Source: Octopus vulgaris (taxonomy: Eukaryota). From it: DNA of 64,000 nt. Below, piece by piece: positions 11,291-26,689 of the stretch; the first letter of the stretch is position 1; each line of letters begins with the position of its first letter. The notes beneath the pieces are model-generated. The model worked only from the letters and a program-made list of their open reading frames with translations. It did not search any database and had not been told where the DNA came from. The position numbers and the translations under genes were made by a program. Location of the stretch: contig OX597820.1 in the NCBI GenBank assembly GCA_951406725.2, forward strand, positions 125,922,001-125,986,000, written 5' to 3'.

Positions 11291-14107
11291 TGAATATACT
11301 TATATGTAATTAAAATTACAGAAAAAAAGGAGTACATAGAGAGATTGACAGATTGCTAGACATATGGATTTGCGCACGCTTAGATGCGCATGAAGTCAAG
11401 TTAAATTTATGCGATAAAAGAGAATTTACGTTTGTAATGCTAATGAGATTTGACAGGTATTCTTCAAAACACATTTAATTTTTTCTATACTAAAATAATC
11501 TTCATGTTCTTTGTTTTCCTTTTGCCTACATTTCTTCATTCGCATTTAATCGCCTTCGTAATGTTATCTAAAAATGCTAAGTCAAATCCTGTTTCTTCTG
11601 TTCAATTTATTTGTTAGTTTTGCTCTAACTTAAACACTATTTCTGATCTCGTTCAACTTCTCAAATTTATGTTCTTCTCGAGTGGAAACTTGAACGTTTC
11701 TTTTAATTCTTTGCTTTTCATCAGCACCCTCAGTACACGATCTGTAATCACGTACAGAAATAAATCACACACAGAAAGAATATAGGAGTTATAACATATT
11801 TAACAACTGGGCACGTTTTTCACAACTTATTACTAACGTGAAGCATTCTTCTTTTTCAACAATGCATACACCAGCTCCTGTGTTCAGTGCTATAAAGTCT
11901 AGAATAAAAGAAGCCAATATATAATTGCTTTGCGGATTTGTTTTCTTCTGACATATTTAAAGACATATCACATTCATTAACTCAGTACAGCAATAAAACT
12001 TAGAGTTAAAATTAAAGAGAATATACGTAAAAGATGGGGAGAAATTTTAATGTTCATATTGGAAGTGATGGAATGTCGTCATAATAATATCACCTTTGGG
12101 CATACATCGGAGAAAAAATAACAGAAATAACTTCTCACCAGTAAAGTCATGCATTTTAAGATACAGATTCAATACACGTATGTATAACATTGTATAACAC
12201 GATATTTGTCCTTGGGTAACAACTGTTATTTCCTCTTTGTTTGCTCCTAGAAAGTATGCAAAATAGCTAATATTTCTTTCAGAGTTTGGTTTTGCTTCAT
12301 TTATTCAAACCCCAAATAATCCTTCTGAACATATGGCTACGATACTCCTCCACTATTCTTGGTCATGATAAGAGATGCACATATTGTCAGTCAATAAAGG
12401 ACATGCTCAAGTGCTCAGGGTCAATCAACTCATAAGCAAATCTCTGGTATTAAGCACAATAGTTTCTATAACGATATTTCTGATTCAGCAACTCAGCGCT
12501 GAAACTGTCTGAAATGTAATTCAATATAGGTCAATTTGAAGATATTGATGTCCAGCTTAAAAGAGCGAAGTTTGACGGGAATAGTAGACGTATTCTTTGA
12601 TGTCTTAATAGAATCAAGTAGAAAATAACACTTACTGAGCAAAAATAAAAAGATTTAAATTTTATTGCACAGAGAAATGTATCAAAACTTGCATATATTA
12701 CAGAGGCAGCATTAGAAAGTATTGAAACATACTAGTGGCAACTTGGGAATGAGAATACTTAACTCTTGAAAATTGCTAGTTACAAGCAAAACAGGAAAGT
12801 AAAACATACATTTTCTGGGCGGTTGAGTTTCGGACAGAAAGGGATTATTTGAACGGATGTTTTATGAAAATTACTTGGGAGCTTGTTGCAGTTTATGTAA
12901 CCAGTGAATGGGTGATGAGGAATGTAGTAGGTTTGAGATAAATTTGATAACATATTGAATCGTTGGAATATAATTGAAAATTTCATAATAAACTGGTTTG
13001 GGAGGACGACTAACTTGCTCAGAGATCACATTTCCTGACCGACATCATTGAATTATGAATCAAACCCTAATACAAAATACAGAGATAGTGAAATGGCTTA
13101 CCATAAAATGGAACCTAGATCACAGGCCGGGTATCCGAGAAGTTGGTGATAAAAGCCGCCAGAGTTACAAAGATACCCAATTTTACAAAGATACAAAACT
13201 TAAAAGACCCCTACTATAGTATTGCAATAAGCAACATTACGACTTGATTATTTAGAGATTGCTAAAAATATCATTTGGTCTGAAGATCATGTCAGATGAT
13301 ATATTTTGCATAACGTTGTATGGAATTATGAAGAGAATTATTAATATGCTCAATACAATATTAAAATAGAGAAATGTTCAAAATATTCGTCTGATTGAAA
13401 TTTAAGTTTTTAAATTTTATTTTTGACAGTTGCAGCATATATCATAGAGTTCAAAGAATGATGCCTGGGGATTAACAACAAAAGTAATATTCCTAATTGT
13501 TAAGAGCCAACAAATTGTTGCTCAGCCTGCTAGTAATAACACTTTAATACACCCCAAATCATACCATCTAATCGCAAAATGAAAAATAATGGTATAAATA
13601 CGAGATACACATATTTAAGTATAGATTAACCATGGCTGAATCACATTTGATCTCAGAAATTTTTGTCAGGTATAACTTGGAGCTAAATAAAACAACTTAC
13701 GATAGTGTCTCCCTTCTACATTGTTTTCCTTTTTCTGTTTTTCTGTTGATTTTTTTTTTATAATGAAAAACTGCAAACCATTTCTTTATTGGCATTGATC
13801 TGCAAAATAAACAGCTTCCTGTTGAATCTAACACTTCTAACTAACAAGCTGTAATGGCATCTAATTCACATTTGACATCTCTTCCTCGGCAATCATCCTT
13901 AACTGTAGAAAAAAAAGCAGAAACGATGTTGAAAAAATGTAAATTATCTGTTGATAAAACCTCTTCATTTAAATAATTTTGTTTGAAAAGCAAATGAAAA
14001 ATAAGGTGAGAATTGTAATTTAGTTGACCTCGTATTTTTGTTGATATAGTTCTTGCTGTCATTTTCTTTATTTCATGTTAACCTTGTAATAGAGATACAA
14101 TTCCTTT

Positions 14108-14295
14108 TCTTCTTCTTCTTCTTCTTCTTCTTCTTCTTCTTCTTCTTCTTCTTCTTCTTCTTCTTCTTCTTCTTCTTCTTCTTCTTCTTCTTCTTCTTCT
14201 TCTTCTTCTTCTTCTTCCCCCTTCCTCCTGCTTCTCAACTTCGTCCTCCATCTCGCCCTCCTCTTTCTTCTCTTCCTTCTTTTTCTTCTTCACAC

Positions 14296-14361
<66 letters not shown>
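14108..14361. repeat. (TTC)n and (TTA)n microsatellites
   Basis: Directly visible trinucleotide tracts. Confidence 0.95.
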
Positions 14362-15812
14362 CATTGCCTTTGCACAGCTTCTATCGCTGGAGATGTGCTA
14401 CAGAGTCAGCTGTTCACTACCAGTGAACTAAAGTAACACCTCTTATTTTTCGAGCACCTTCCGGAATATTCGAACCATTCCATGCTGTTTTCTGCAAGTG
14501 CTCCGCCCTTATTGCAGCCCCTATTTGTTCCACGTAGTTCTCGAGATTTTTGCTTACTGTTCCCAGGGCTCCGACCATTATTGGTACTACCGCTACCTTT
14601 TTCATCGACCACAACTGATTAACTTCCCAAGCTAACCTGTCATATCTTTCGACTATTCCTCCTTAACGCATACCTTGTTGTCAGCTGGGTATGCTATATC
14701 TATGATCCAGCATACTTTGCTTTCTTTCTCAATTAAGATTATGTCTGGCTTCCTGTTCTCTATCTCATGGTCGCAGTGTATCATGAAATCCCATAGGATC
14801 TTTTCATTTCAATTCTCGACTATGCCTTCAGGTTTGTGGCCGTACCAATTTTTTGCCTTTTCAATTCAATACTTGTTGCAAAGTGCCCAATGGACAAGCC
14901 TGGTTATATTGTCGTGGCGTCTTTTATATCCTTCTGGGCTAGTGGCATACATTGGCTGGTAATATGCCATACGGTTTCACCGTTTTGTCCACAGATTCTG
15001 CATTTATCACTTTCTGCTATGCTGTCTATTCTGCATTTTATGTAGTTTGTGCTTAGTACTTACTCTTGAGCAGCACCGATTAGAGCCTCCGTTTCCGGTT
15101 TTAAATCAATTTTAATCATCCACAGCCATCTTTTTTCTCTGTCTATCTTATCTTCAACATGCCTATGAAATTGACCATGGATTCTTTTCTTTACTACCTA
15201 TTTTCATTTTCTTTTGTTTTCAATTTCTTCTATAGTGCTTTATTTTTTGCAACCATTCATACTACACAGGCCTGTCCTTCTTACGTCAAATAATAGCGGT
15301 TTTGTGGCATTTTTACATACCGTGTCATGTTTGTTTCCTTCTGCTCTGATGTTGTGTTCGCATCCAATAAGTCCTCTCCCACCTCTCTTTCTTGGTACAT
15401 GCAGTTTTTTCTGTGTCACCTTTTGTGTGGAGCATCCCATATCTAGTTAGCAACTTCCTTGTCTTTCTGTCTAAGTTGTTTAGTTCGTCTACTGTCCATG
15501 CGATAGTCCGTCCCTTCTATCTGCTTCATAACCTCCCCCGACGGTATCGTTAGACCGTTCATACATTTGATTTTGCCTCTCTTCAAGACTAGTGCACCAC
15601 ACGTCCTCAGACCGAACTCCATTCTGATATCAGTAGAGAAGGTGTGCACCGTATCAATGAGGGAACTGACTTGGGCTTCATATTTACCATAAAGTTTGAG
15701 GTCATCTATGAATAAAAAATTGTTGACTTTTTGTTGGTGGCCTTTGAATACACACCCAGCTTTTGCTTTCCTCAGAATCAGTGTTAGTGGTATCAAGCAC
15801 AGTACAAAGATG
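14362..15812 (-). mobile_element. R4/Dong-clade non-LTR retrotransposon, 5'-truncated and internally deleted
   Basis: RT FLFIDDLKLY...DIRMEFGL, VPRKRGGRGL, zinc knuckle CRICGQNGETVWHITSQC, RHD, restriction-like endonuclease RKPDIILIEK..CWIIDIAYP, VVPIMVGALG; 3' end abuts (TAA)n. Confidence 0.9.
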
Positions 15813-15824
15813 CTCCTCCTAATT

Positions 15825-16348
<524 letters not shown>

Positions 16349-16351
<3 letters not shown>

Positions 16352-16440
16352 TAGTCTTATTTTTATCACGTGCTTTCACTGCACTACCGAACGCAGCTTT
16401 GTGCGCTTTGGGTATTTGCTGTGGTTTGCTGTGATGGTCT
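16349..16440 (-). mobile_element. Probable non-LTR retrotransposon 3' terminus running into (TAA)n
   Basis: Short GC-richer segment ending ...AAAAATAAGACTACTG directly followed by ~250 bp of (AAT)n on the minus strand; no coding part seen. Confidence 0.35.
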
Positions 16441-16649
16441 TATCGTTAAAGATAGATAAAAAGTCTCTTACGTGTGTAAGATTTTATTCTGGGAGTCTTT
16501 TAATGTCTTATTTTATTTCTCTCATTTATCATAGTTTTTTTTTTCTTTTCCAGTGCATATTTGCCTTGTTTGTTAGTTCTTTATGTGGATACGATTACCG
16601 TTTTCGCTTGCAAGCCTTATTTTGTTCTTTTCGGGTGTGAATGTGGAAT

Positions 16650-16800
16650 ATGTATGTGTGTGTCTGAGATGGTTTTCTTTCAGTTTCCATCTAACAAATC
16701 TACTCACAAGGCCTTCGTCGGCCCGAGGCTATAGTAGAAGGCACACGTCCAACGTGCCATGCAGTGTGACTGAACCTAGAAATTTGGTTGGGAAGCTATG
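16650..16800 (-). mobile_element. SINE family B (CORE-like), degraded 5' part
   Basis: Homologous to 39290-39420. Confidence 0.7.
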
Positions 16801-18784
16801 TTATTATTATTATTACTACAGGAACTTAGAGCGCATTGAAGTAGCAGAATTTTTAGATCGTCGAACCAATTGCGATGCAGTGTTTAGTTAAGGTGTGTTA
16901 TGTTCTATATTTAAAACCGGTTGAAATAACTCTTACTCTCTCACAATCCGTGTCCAATTAAATACTGCACCAATCAATTTCTAGGGTTGACAGCTCCCTT
17001 TCATCAAATTCCTCATTGTCTACTTTTGTTAAAAATATTGTTACCAAGAAGAAGAAAAGAAAGAGAAAGGTTGATAAAATATGTGCTATGTATTTTTCCC
17101 TTTATATTCTTATAAAATACCACACTATGATCAAATTCTCCTTTTTAGAATTCATAAAAATAGAATATATAGTGTGTCAATTCAATAGATACCATGCTAA
17201 AATACATATGCTACAAAACTATAACCATGTGTCAGTGCAAGATAGCCATGTGTCAATTATTACAAAAGACGGTAGGGTAGTGGTTGGCAGATAGAGTGTC
17301 CAGACAAGAGGATATATGTTGGTGCATAACTGGATTTAGATGTATAGGGGTTTCTCGATACTAGACGAGTTTTTTTATAGATCAGTTTGCGAGATTAAAT
17401 ACATCATCCTACAATGTAGAAAAATTTATTTTATTTGTAATTTCGACATTTTAGGATGAAACCAAATACTGAAGAACATTTTGTACGGTGTTTTAAAATT
17501 GTTACAAACTCACCTCCATTACTCCAAAGTTCCTTAGCGAAAACTGGCACTTATGAGACTATACACGATTTCAGTCTCCATTATTTTTTTGGCGTCTCTA
17601 GAAACGATTCGTAGTGTTGACGTGTGCGAATCTACAAAGATCAAGAGATAATAAATTGCTATAACTTTTTTAGAAGGTCTGTACACTAAGTCAAGAACTC
17701 ATTGAGAAGATTTACATCAAATGACAGTACCATCAAAGAAGGTTGCGAACAGTATGTTGACCAGACATATAGGCTATTAGTGGTTCTTATTTGCACGTAG
17801 ATATTTATAAAGAGAGCCATAGATTCCCATTTATTATAATTGCAGAGTTACAAACAATAGTCGACAGTTGGTATCGATTTGGCGATGTCGTACTGTTTTA
17901 TGGCTGCCTCGTTATAGCTCAGCCTACGTAGGCGTAAATAGGTACGACAAGTAGGCGTCGCTTACTATTATATGCTATGAAAGAGCAATACAATCAAAAA
18001 GTGTTATATAAGTTTGCAGTTATACGTTGAAATACTTTAATGAGTGTATATCCTAGCTGGGGTCGGTTCTTTTAAAATAACTTTCTCTAGATACGCTAGA
18101 GTAAAACTAAATTATCAGGTCATAACTCACAAAATATTTATAAAATTAAAGTGGAATGGTGAAATCTATTCATTGATTTTATGTATATGCGATTAGTTTA
18201 TGTAAATTTAAGACTAAATCTTTCCATTACAATTCCTGACAAGCTAAACTTAATGTGAATTCTAGTGTTGGACTCTGCTTCTAAAGAATCGGCTTTCGAT
18301 CAATTTGTAAACAACTTCTCTTCAAGCGTGAAGTTATTTCAAATTTTAATAGCTTCGGCGTCAGAGACAATTATTATGGGGAGCAAGAATTCTCATTAGG
18401 TCAATTGCATTTCACAACAACAGTTGTAGTTAAGGAAGGATGAGTCTATAACCTTCTAAGACCGTTAATGTCAAAGAAAATGAGAAACTATTCATTTAGA
18501 ATTAAACTACTGTCACGTCCTAAAATGGAAATGGTAAGCTTCTGGAAAACAAAGTTTCTGATTCGCCTGTTCTTGTAGATGTTTCTATTGTTCATATGTA
18601 GAAGGGAGTCTAAAAGACTGGTAACTAAAGGTAATCTTGCCATGACCATCCATCCTATCGTTTGAGTGGCATTTCTAGTATTACATTCTCCGGTATGACT
18701 GTTTGCTATTAAAGGAGGAAGTATATGATTTATGGGTGATTTAGTAGCTATATATAGCGACCCGATAGGTGCAGTAGAGTCGAA

Positions 18785-18930
18785 AGCTTAAGAAGTACTT
18801 TTCGCAAGCATAAGGACCCGAGTTCGATTCTATGGTGCAAAAACTTAGGCTAATATAATTGCTTTTAGCTTCGGGTTGGCCCGTAACTCGCGATTGAAAT
18901 CGGTAGACGGAAACTCTCTAGAAGACTGTT
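18785..18930 (+). mobile_element. SINE family B, highly diverged
   Basis: GAGTTCGATTC B box and GGTAGACGGAAACT segment shared with other copies. Confidence 0.5.
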
Positions 18931-19809
18931 GGGTGGATTGTACCCGCAAGTGAAAATGTGTGGCCACATCATACACTGTCTCACGCTAACTCTACATTAA
19001 TTCTGCATCCATCTGTGGAACGCTTACTGTTTTGATAGTATACAATCAAAGAAGCGACAAAATAAAATACCAATCAGGATTTGCGTTTGATTGTAAATAT
19101 ATATATGGCCGTGCGTCCTCCTTCTGGACACTAGAAAACAAATTAGCTCTCGGCAATCTAAATCGGTTGATATCTACCATTGTTCTACGCCGTGAATTCC
19201 TATGAAATATAAAATATGATCGTATTTGTCGTTAAAATACTTCGTAATTATTGAAAGGTGTGGAGTAGTTGATTAGAAAAAGAATGCAGTAATCCCTCTC
19301 CATATTGCGATTCATATATCGCGGTTTATTATTGAAGCTTACGTCGATTTCTATGTGGTGTTGTTTTGCATCTATAATAAAATAAATATAAAAACATTGC
19401 AACATAATAATAAAAATATACAGTACTGGTGTTACTGCGCGGATTTTCACCTATCACCGGGCGGTGGAGAACGTAGCACCCGCGATAGTCCAGGGAATAC
19501 TTTATTACGTGTCTATCTAAATTGACATTTACAATTTTCGACTAGTTGCATCTAATATCTCCTGTAGGGAATTATTCATTTATTATAGTACGGTAAGGTA
19601 CGACTTAAACCTCTAATAATATACCTTGGATACTGTAGTAATAAATATATATTATTATAATATAATATAAATAATATAACATACCTGCCTAAACATGAAG
19701 GAATTTGGAAACCCTACAACAAATGTAAAAAAAGAATCATTCAAAGTACCCTGTAATATATTTACAAAGTGTCTATAGCCAACATGTTTAGTGCTAAACA
19801 GCCTAGTAC

Positions 19810-20045
19810 TACGAGGGGTGTTAAAAATTTCCTGGCTTCAAGGATGTCGAGAAGGGCCTGGTTGGAGGACCAACCTTCCGAATTAAGAGTGAATCTGAGA
19901 GTGGAATATCTTGAATAAACTCATAATTAACTGAGCTTATTATGAGTGAATCTGAGAGTGGAATATCTTGAATAAACTCATAATTAACTGAACCTCTTCT
20001 ATTTTCTGTTACCCAAACCGAGGAAATTTTCAGTAGCCCCTCATA
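19810..20045 (+). mobile_element. Mariner-type MITE with internal duplication
   Basis: TIRs TACGAGGGGTGTTAAAAATTTCCTGG / CCGAGGAAATTTTCAGTAGCCCCTCATA with TA ends; 48-bp repeat at 19887-19934 and 19944-19991; related copy at 47835-48056. Confidence 0.75.
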
Positions 20046-21267
20046 TACGAGATGTAATACATCAGAATGGTGTAAACGGTGTTATTTCCAGGTAAACAAT
20101 GGTGAAGTGTTCCATGCAATAAGAGTGGCTCACGATGCAAGTAAGGATTTGCCGTGCATGTCTTTAACGCCACGGAAAACTGACATTCTGAAATGTGTAT
20201 ATTCGTCTATAACTATGCCGGTTGTTACCATAAACAATCTGGACACGGCGCTGGAAAACAATTCAAAATTTATATTGCCCTACCTTTGTTTGCAGAGGTA
20301 AGATGGTTAAATGTTACTTCTTCTATAGAAAAATGGCCTCAGCATTTGCGGGAGAGGACTCGTCAGTTACAGATGCGAATCCACTGCTTTGCTGCTACGT
20401 ATGTTATTGGCCTCGAAACGGGTTTATCAGTAAAGTTGACTAAGGTATAATTTGAAGTCAGAACGTAAATACTGATAAAAATTTTCTGTGTAATTGCTAA
20501 CGAGTCGGCCAGACCGCCACCTTCTAATATAGTAAAATATATCCAACTGATCAACAAATATTTCAATAGGCAGACAGCCACTGATCTGCCGTGTCTAGTA
20601 TGATGAAATTGTTCTAAATTCTTGATTCGCTACTAAAATGTACTGGGTAATGAAGGTGATGATTGACTTCGAGTGTTCTATTTACTACAATAATACTTCC
20701 CAAACTATATTTAGTTAAACTAATTTGCCAACAGCATTATTTGAGTTAACGAAACACGCATCAATTACACACAGTAAATCCGCTTGGCACAACTGCGGCC
20801 TGTAGCTCTATCTCTCTCGCTTTCCCTCCCACTCTTTCTTTGTCTTTCCCTTTCTCTTTATCTCTCTATCTGTCTCTCTCTTTATTTCTCTCCCTCTCTC
20901 TCTCTTTCTCTCTCTCACTGTATGTTGCTTATTTATGCATAGCTATGTGAAGTGAGGTATGCCGAGTTAAATGTATTGGAAGATCTGCATCCTTTCCGGT
21001 TCAGAGAATATTAATTATACTTATTGGTATCAGATAACTGAAACGCACACACGCACACATGCACACATACAAACTCACACACACATACACACTCACACAC
21101 ACATACACACACGCATAAGCACAGACAGAAACAGACAGACAGACAGACATACACACACACACACAAATACGTACTGTGTGGATTCTTATAGCTATATTGT
21201 GTATAACTTCTTGAGAATGCAACGCACAACTTCGCAAGTGCAGGAATATAAATATATATATACATAC

Positions 21268-21345
<78 letters not shown>

Positions 21346-22720
21346 GTATATGTATATATATATATGTGTGTATATATATATATATATGTATATACATATA
21401 CATATATACACACACATATATATATATATGTACATACATATATATATATATATATATATGTGTGTGTATGTATTAATATGTATATACATATGCACGTAAA
21501 TGTCCATGTAATTATGTATATACGTATATACGAATACATATATATATTTATGCGTATATATGTATATATATTTATGCGTATATATCCATATATATATATA
21601 TATATAGCAAATGGTAGAGACGGAAAATGAAATATACAAATATTTTTATTGCTCACAACGATCGTTTCGGCCCATCTTGCTTTGATTTCGCGGTCAGTAT
21701 ACTGTACACCTGGTTGTGGTGCGTTCCTAGCTGCAGAGGTGTCTCCTCTGATGAAGTTATACGGGATATCTCGTTAAATATACGCTGCTTCGCTCGGTTT
21801 TAGTACAGAATCTTGTTATTGACAGTAGAGCGAGGCCGTTGGGCAGCAATGGTTTGGTACAGATTCCGTTGTGATGTTGCTGACACTTGTCTACATTTCT
21901 TTAGTAGTAAGTCAAAGACAGGGTGTAAATAAGCAAAAACTATGATAAATAAGAGAAATGAAATATACAATAAAGAAAAAAATTATATGCGTCAGTATAT
22001 ACTTAGAATTACTTGTGCACCCACGTAAGTGCTTTTGCGTACACAAACACTTTCTCATACGCTAAATGAAGCAGAAGTCATTAAACTCTTTGATAAACGT
22101 CCAGGCACAGCTGGTTCGGCCCGACTGGTTTAGCCGCTTTTATTGGTTATAAATATCTTAGTGGTTATTGTACACACATCCATACTCCACAATATAGCCT
22201 ATATATATATATATATATATTCCTGCTCTTGCGAAGTTGTGCATAGCTTCTCAAGAAGTTATACGTAGTATAGCTCTAAGATTGCACAGTGTGTATTTTT
22301 GTGTGTCTCTGCTTCCCTCTATGTTTATGTATGTTTGCGTGTAGGTGCGTGTGTGTATGTGTGTGTGTGTGTGTGTGCGTGTGTGTGTGTGTGTGTACAC
22401 ACACTCACATACATACACATTTACACATTTTGCCACGTATAAGGTGATTAAAAGAGTTCGTGAAAAAAAGGATCAATAGGGATCGTGTATCACAGAAATG
22501 TCATGATGTTTAGCACTTGCAGGGAAGACTCCCTCATTACACTGCGTGTTAAAACACCTGAAGGTCATTGATAGGTGACACAGCCCGCCGTCGATCGGAG
22601 TCAGGTGTGATGGATACCGGTTTTTAGCCACTTTTATGGCTTATGAACGTCACGTAGCGGAAATGAGCCCCGGATGAATCGTATAGCCAGTCTATGACAA
22701 TATATAAAATGTGGAAGAAC

Positions 22721-22994
22721 TATTTGCCAGTATTTCGTTTTGGGATTTGGTTTGCAAGATTCTTTGAGTTTGTGTGTTGAAGCATATTCTGTTGTATCTG
22801 GGAAGAGTCATTTTCTTTTTGTGCCTTATAATTTAACACGCTGAAAACTATTCAAAAGGTTGCAACACGCAACGAAAATTTTAGGTAAATAAAAATAAGA
22901 AATAAGTGGAAATTTTACCGGTGTGTGTGTTAAATAATAAGGCACAAAGAGAAAATGACTCTCCCCAGACACAACAGAGTATTTGCCAGTATTT
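22721..22994. mobile_element. Penelope-like insertion with inverted pLTR segments, hammerhead remnant and 15-bp TSD
   Basis: ~56-bp inverted arms (22784-22839 / 22927-22982); direct repeat TATTTGCCAGTATTT at 22721-22735 and 22980-22994; hammerhead-like CTA-TTCAAAA-G-GTTGC(aacac)GCAAC-GAAA-AT-TT-TAG at 22848-22884. Confidence 0.7.
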
Positions 22995-23719
22995 TCATGT
23001 TTTATCAATCCAGCATTATGAGGGCGTCGTCTCCTAAGTTCTATACTGCAGCGAAACCGGTGAACACATATCCATCATTGATGGATACCACAAGATACAA
23101 AATGACAAGAAGCTAAAATCAAATTAGTGTGTTTCAGTACTAATTCGCATAAGCTATCTGCACCTGTGACATTTGAAATGATAAACTGTTCAAAAAAGAA
23201 AGTAAATTGCAAAGCAATAGTAAATATATTAGTAGATATCGTTATAAAATAAACTAGCGACAATCAGATTTAAAAAATCAGATTATACAAGCACATACGC
23301 TATCTCGTGTTAAATATTGATTACTTCACAGCAGGAAAGAGGAAAGACTGAAGGCAACAATCTTTGTTTTTAATTAAAGTGTTGTAATATAGTGGTTAGC
23401 CATTCCAATCTCTATATTGATGAAGAAATTATGGTTTACGGTAGTTGTTGAATATTTTTCTTCTTTAATTAATGGGTAACGTAGAATAAAACCAGACGTC
23501 ACTTTAGTACAATGTCGATCGTTGACTAACTGCACGGTATGGCTATGTCATTTATCATTTTTTTTTTCATTTTTGAGACTATTAGCTGCAAACAGATATG
23601 CCATAATTTTACACATATGCACGTGCACGTGCACACACACACACACACACACAAAGCACACACACGCACACAAACACATACATGCACGCTCGCAAAAAGA
23701 AATATATATATATGTCGTT

Positions 23720-24125
23720 TTGTAGTAAGAAGTTTGCTTTTCAACCACATAGTTCTGGCTTCAGTCCCAGTGAGTGGAACCTTCGGCAAGTCTTTTACAA
23801 TAGCATTGGTCCAACCACAGCCTCGTAGGAGTATTTGGTAGGCCGAAACTGAACGAAGCCCGTCGTACATATACATACATACGTACATACATATAAATAT
23901 ATATATATACGTACATAGATATACATATTTGTGTACGTTTTCTATTTTTTCCACCACATTTTGACAACGGACGTTGTTATCCTTACATCCTCGTAATCTA
24001 GCCGTTCAGTAAAAACCAAAGATCGAATAAGTACCTAGCTTTAAAATTAGCTCTGCTGTCGATTCGCAAGTCGGTGCGCCAGCATAACTGCATCTAATGA
24101 CCGAAACAAGTAAAAGGGTAAAGAA
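23720..24125 (+). mobile_element. SINE family B (CORE-like), full length, diverged
   Basis: tRNA-like head, ACCTTCGGCAAGTC core, internal (TA/TACA)n, tail CAGCATAACTGCATCTAATGACCGAAACAAG; followed by (GATA)n. Confidence 0.75.
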
Positions 24126-24127
24126 GA

Positions 24128-24143
24128 TAGCTAGCTAGCTAGG

Positions 24144-24209
<66 letters not shown>

Positions 24210-24219
24210 CATAGATAGT

Positions 24220-24270
<51 letters not shown>

Positions 24271-24271
24271 T

Positions 24272-24322
<51 letters not shown>

Positions 24323-24323
24323 T

Positions 24324-24412
<89 letters not shown>
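24128..24412. repeat. (GATA)n microsatellite (similar tracts at 1960, 2310, 9725, 43580, 48840)
   Basis: Directly visible. Confidence 0.95.
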
Positions 24413-24414
<2 letters not shown>

Positions 24415-24825
24415 AAATACATACAAACTTACACACAAACAAATACATGAGTGTGCGTGTGTTTATAGAGTTAGATATAAGTGTAATCATATGAACGCAC
24501 AGCTGTTCATACTTTTGTATGTGTGTGTCATCTGTACTGTATTGTTTCTATCCATAATTTACTGTCCAATTTGTATCCTTCACGTTTAGTTTTTGTTTCA
24601 CTGCCACTGCGGGGATAGTTTCTATATCATTAGCGCAATGAGACAAGCATTATCATGTAATTTGATGTCATAGGACTTTATATGCACTAAAAATGTACTT
24701 TCATTCTGATCTCCAGGTGATTTCTATGTTTATTTTCCCATTGTCCTTTAACAATAATCATTTCTATGTTCCATTAAAAATTTTCGCTGTTAGAAACGCG
24801 CACATACACGCATAAATATATACAA

Positions 24826-24882
<57 letters not shown>

Positions 24883-25217
24883 GTGTATGTGTGTGTGTGT
24901 CTGTGTGTGTCTGTGTGTGTGTGTGTGTATGTGTGTGCATGGATGATGATGAGAGCGAGAGAGAAATGTTAGAGAAACGCTTTATTAGATCTTTCACTTT
25001 GGTGGATCTCCTCAAATGCAGTAATAGTAGAGATATGAACAGTTACTCACGATTGAAAGCGAATAAAGAATCGAAACTGATCAAAACTCAACGAACAACA
25101 TAGTGGTTCGTCTAGCCATTCCATTAGCTTTAATTATAAATTTTATGTAAACGGGAAATGTACGTAATATTTGAGATGTAACGAAGGTAAAATATGCGGA
25201 ACAACTGTGCCGTGTAA

Positions 25218-25258
<41 letters not shown>

Positions 25259-26689
25259 TGCACACACACACAAACACACACACACACACACACACACAAA
25301 TGTATGAAACATATGTTTGTGCGTATGTGTGTATACATAGATACATATATATGCATGTGTGTGCACTTACATATGCTTATACGCACATACGCATATACTT
25401 ATAGAAGGGTTCACTTAATGTGTAAATAAAATATAAAATTAATATTTTACATTTTATCATGATATATTTTGATAGAAATGTATGTTAGTGCGTTATGTGG
25501 TTGCAGTGGCATACAGGCAATTTGGGTTAAATTTCAGAGTTTGCATAAAAGGAAAAAAAAAAGGAAATATCCCATTCAAAAATTAATTAATCTAAAATAT
25601 CAGCAAATATCAACTATACTGATATATATGTGTGTGTGTATTGTTTTGCTTACTTTGGTAAATTATCAGTACCAAATTATGAGAGAAAAATCCATTGTCC
25701 ACATTATAGCGGCAATCCTGATCAAATAAATTTTCTGGGCACCCCTAGTTGAACCGTTCAGAGACACCCCGACTACTGGTGGTATGCATGATACGACAGT
25801 CGACCAGCTATCTAAGAATTTCTAAGCCGTGACACTTAACAGGGTGTCATTGATTCAAAAGAACTTTAACGCATCTCACGGTGAGAAAGATCCGTTCTGT
25901 TGGAGTAGATCGTAGCTATAACGAAGGGTTAAAGGAGGAGACAAGATCTCCATTAAGAAACTGACTTCTGTTGATCTCTGCTGTTAACTGATTATACTAA
26001 TAATAAAGTGTCTTTCGAAAAACGACGAATGCACGCCATTAGTAGTCTCTTGTTTTACTGCATAATTTGTTTGTGAGTTATTTTGTAGCAATTAAGAAGT
26101 CTTTGGAAAATTCAGTACTAACGAATAATGACACAATATGATATAGTATCACCTTAATTTTCGTCCAGATATTAGTAACTTAGGCATGTGTTATCCGTCT
26201 CTTACCTTCAATACAATATATTTTTCTAGTGTTGCAATCATAATTGTTGGGTCTATTTAAATGTCATCCCATTTAGCTTTCGTCACATTTTTCCATCTTT
26301 CTGTCTTTGCGGTTTATCTCTGACATCAACGTACTTGATATGATTATTATTCGAACATCCTTCCTTCTCGGTGGACCACAAGTTTTTCCATTCTTTGTAC
26401 CGTAACCACTAAATGGAAAAGCAACATCGTTCATTAATGCACACTCTTACGGTGGGTGGATTGTCTACCAGTAATGCTACATGAAACATCAGTTGGAGAT
26501 CACACACATTACTTAGTAACATCTACGGAAATCTGATAGCAATGTCCCTCAAGCTAAAGTTATACCAACAAACATCGCAAATAATTGAAATATCAATGAA
26601 TGCCAATATTGGCATTAGTCAGTTCCACCTTCTTGCAGTGCACGCTGAAACTTAGATCTATATGCAATTCACCAGCCGATCCTGAAATT

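Noticed and set aside
12780-12986. Minus ORF with YYIPHHP resembling a BEL/Pao RT start
   Set aside because: No downstream BEL motifs; the opposite strand fits the pPolB N-terminus better.
21640-21760. Minus-strand GAAACGATCGTT helix III suggesting a long-stem hammerhead
   Set aside because: The upstream box reads CAGAGGA and stem II does not pair well.
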